A model generated the notes under the pieces. That model made no database searches and was not told the DNA's origin. It saw only the letters and a program-made list of their open reading frames with translations. From positions 6,877 through 38,876 of the forward strand of contig CAZZAX010000044.1 in the NCBI GenBank assembly GCA_964653075.1: a stretch of 32,000 nucleotides of DNA, given 5' to 3'. The stretch is from an uncultured Pirellulales bacterium (lineage in GTDB: Bacteria > Planctomycetota > Phycisphaerae > Sedimentisphaerales > Anaerobacaceae). The position numbers were made by a program, and so were the translations under genes. Shown in pieces: positions 30,896 through 32,000 of this stretch; positions within the stretch are counted from its first letter, which is position 1; each line of letters begins with the position of its first letter.

Positions 30896-32000
30896 AAAGA
30901 AGGCGGCTCTGAAAGATGCAAGAGTTGTCGAAGTACTTATATTTCCTTTTGCAAAAGCCCATATATACTCTCAGCCATATCCGAAGAAAAATCTTGATAA
31001 AAATCTCAAAGAATATATCAAGCCGACGATCTCGATGAATTATTCCCCTGAAATGGAAGAACAAATCGATAATATAGTTGAAGGTTCCGCTACAGACATT
31101 GCAGCAATTGAGAAAATGTTGAAGTGGATGAACCGCGAAACTGATTTGGTAAGGGAGCTGCCGCACTGGGAGTACTTAAACATAATTGATGGCAAAATAG
31201 CCTGGCATAAACCAGTTGGTAACTCACAACGAGACCGGCAGTTTTTGGAGACGAATTTCTTCGGTGATTCGATGTTCAAAAAGAAAGTGCATGGAACATG
31301 CAGCTCGACGGCGATTTTAAGAGGAGCGATTTTCCGTGCAGCAGGACTTCCCACGAGGCTTGTCCAGACCTTGCCGCTGATTACTCGTTATTCAGAGGAC
31401 CCTGAGCCTTTGGCTGACCGGATGCGTATGCGGGAAATGGCTAAAGGCTATACCTGGGGGCCCGGCAGTGGCGGTGCCAATCATACGTATAATGAGGTTT
31501 TTCTGAATAATCGCTGGGTACGTGTTGATAATTCGATTGGTACAGGTCCTTTTGTTGGTGATAAGTTATTTGTTAAGGCATGGTCTTCGGCGGATTGGAA
31601 TAACTTAAAAGAGGAATGGAACGACAAGAGGTGTTTTAGAGCTTTAGATGTATCGGATGCTCATCCAAAATATGAATCCGCATTAGCGAAAGCCGATATT
31701 GCCATAGAGAATAGGTATTTGAACGTTAAGAAACAACCCGATGGTCGATTCAGGGCAGGTGTAAGTATTCATAACTATGGTAATACTGCCACTCCTCAGT
31801 TTAAGGTTATTTTCTATGCAGGTGATCCAGGGAAAAAAGGAAGGAAGGTTTATCCTGGGCACCATAACGCAGGACCAATTATGCCGAGTGGCACATGGAA
31901 TGAGGGCACACTTCCGTTTACTTTAAATGAGGGCGAGACTGAGATCTTCGTGATAGTTGACCCAGACAATATGGTTGACGAATTGGATGAGACAAACAAC
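30879..32000 (+). CDS. Transglutaminase-like cysteine-protease-fold domain + CARDB-like domain; open to the right edge. It is probably the +1-frame continuation of the BlaR1-like gene rather than an independent gene
   Basis: Absent from the ORF track because it is open-ended. My translation is open from 30864 to 32000. It reads ...KKKAALKDARVVEVLIFPF...KVHGTCSSTAILRGAIFRAAGLPTRLV...GANHTYNEVFLNNRWVRVDNS (Cys, His, Asp in transglutaminase-core order). It then reads ENRYLNVKKQPDGRFRAGVSIHNYGNTATPQFKVIFYAG...IFVIVDPDNMVDELDETNN (CARDB-like). The only early ATG (30879) has no Shine-Dalgarno and is followed by no signal peptide. Confidence 0.8.
   Translation, partial: MHAPFKKKAALKDARVVEVLIFPFAKAHIYSQPYPKKNLDKNLKEYIKPTISMNYSPEMEEQIDNIVEGSATDIAAIEKMLKWMNRETDLVRELPHWEYLNIIDGKIAWHKPVGNSQRDRQFLETNFFGDSMFKKKVHGTCSSTAILRGAIFRAAGLPTRLVQTLPLITRYSEDPEPLADRMRMREMAKGYTWGPGSGGANHTYNEVFLNNRWVRVDNSIGTGPFVGDKLFVKAWSSADWNNLKEEWNDKRCFRALDVSDAHPKYESALAKADIAIENRYLNVKKQPDGRFRAGVSIHNYGNTATPQFKVIFYAGDPGKKGRKVYPGHHNAGPIMPSGTWNEGTLPFTLNEGETEIFVIVDPDNMVDELDETNN

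Noticed and set aside
1-32000. A search for CRISPR arrays, IS or transposase ends, integrases, phage genes, toxin-antitoxin pairs and known defence-system hallmarks.
   Set aside because: I saw no direct-repeat or spacer periodicity, no terminal inverted repeats flanking genes, and no recombinase, nuclease or ATPase signatures typical of such systems. The only repeats are intragenic (the acidic tract, the UVR duplication and the YYWRIDE modules).

Overview
This looks like a chromosomal, largely housekeeping window around a probable replication origin: ftsY (minus strand), an AT-rich gap with DnaA-box-like words, then dnaA (plus strand).

Core genes, called with high confidence from catalytic motifs:
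- ftsY, dnaA, dapA, pdxJ, ribBA and a pgsA-like CDP-alcohol phosphatidyltransferase.
- A two-route trehalose locus: a fused OtsA-OtsB gene immediately followed by treT.

Accessory content:
- Left edge: an open-ended HlyD/MacA-type efflux adaptor.
- 1655-2557: an odd lipoprotein with two UVR-like motifs, two PepSY-like halves and a 51-residue Asp/Glu tail.
- 18.2-22.3 kb: two paralogous modular secreted proteins (jelly-roll/LamG domains plus YYWR[IV]DE beta-sandwich modules). The wreck of a dockerin-like tail lies between them.
- 22.4-32 kb: a dense run of small regulator plus membrane-sensor pairs. These are ECF sigma/anti-sigma, a MarR-terminated operon (beta-helix, DUF3795, PNPOx-like), DUF2089 plus a SHOCT-like membrane protein, and BlaI plus a BlaR1-like M56 protein.

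The BlaR1-like reading frame breaks at a T4A5 run. It continues in the +1 frame as a transglutaminase-like and CARDB ectodomain that runs off the right edge.

The supplied ORF track omits both edge-truncated genes; I translated them by hand.

I found no rRNA, tRNA, CRISPR array, transposase, integrase, phage gene or recognisable defence or toxin system. I cannot point to one clear-cut novel system. The best candidates for a second look are:
- the frame-split BlaR1/transglutaminase sensor with its operator;
- the exported UVR/PepSY/polyacidic lipoprotein;
- the DUF2089/SHOCT-like pair;
- the decayed dockerin tail.

The content looks PVC/Planctomycetota (Phycisphaerae-like) to me, judging by the LamG/YYWRIDE proteins, the BlaR1 with a large ectodomain and the frequent GTG/TTG starts. 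That is inference only. All family calls rest on motif recognition by eye, with no database search.
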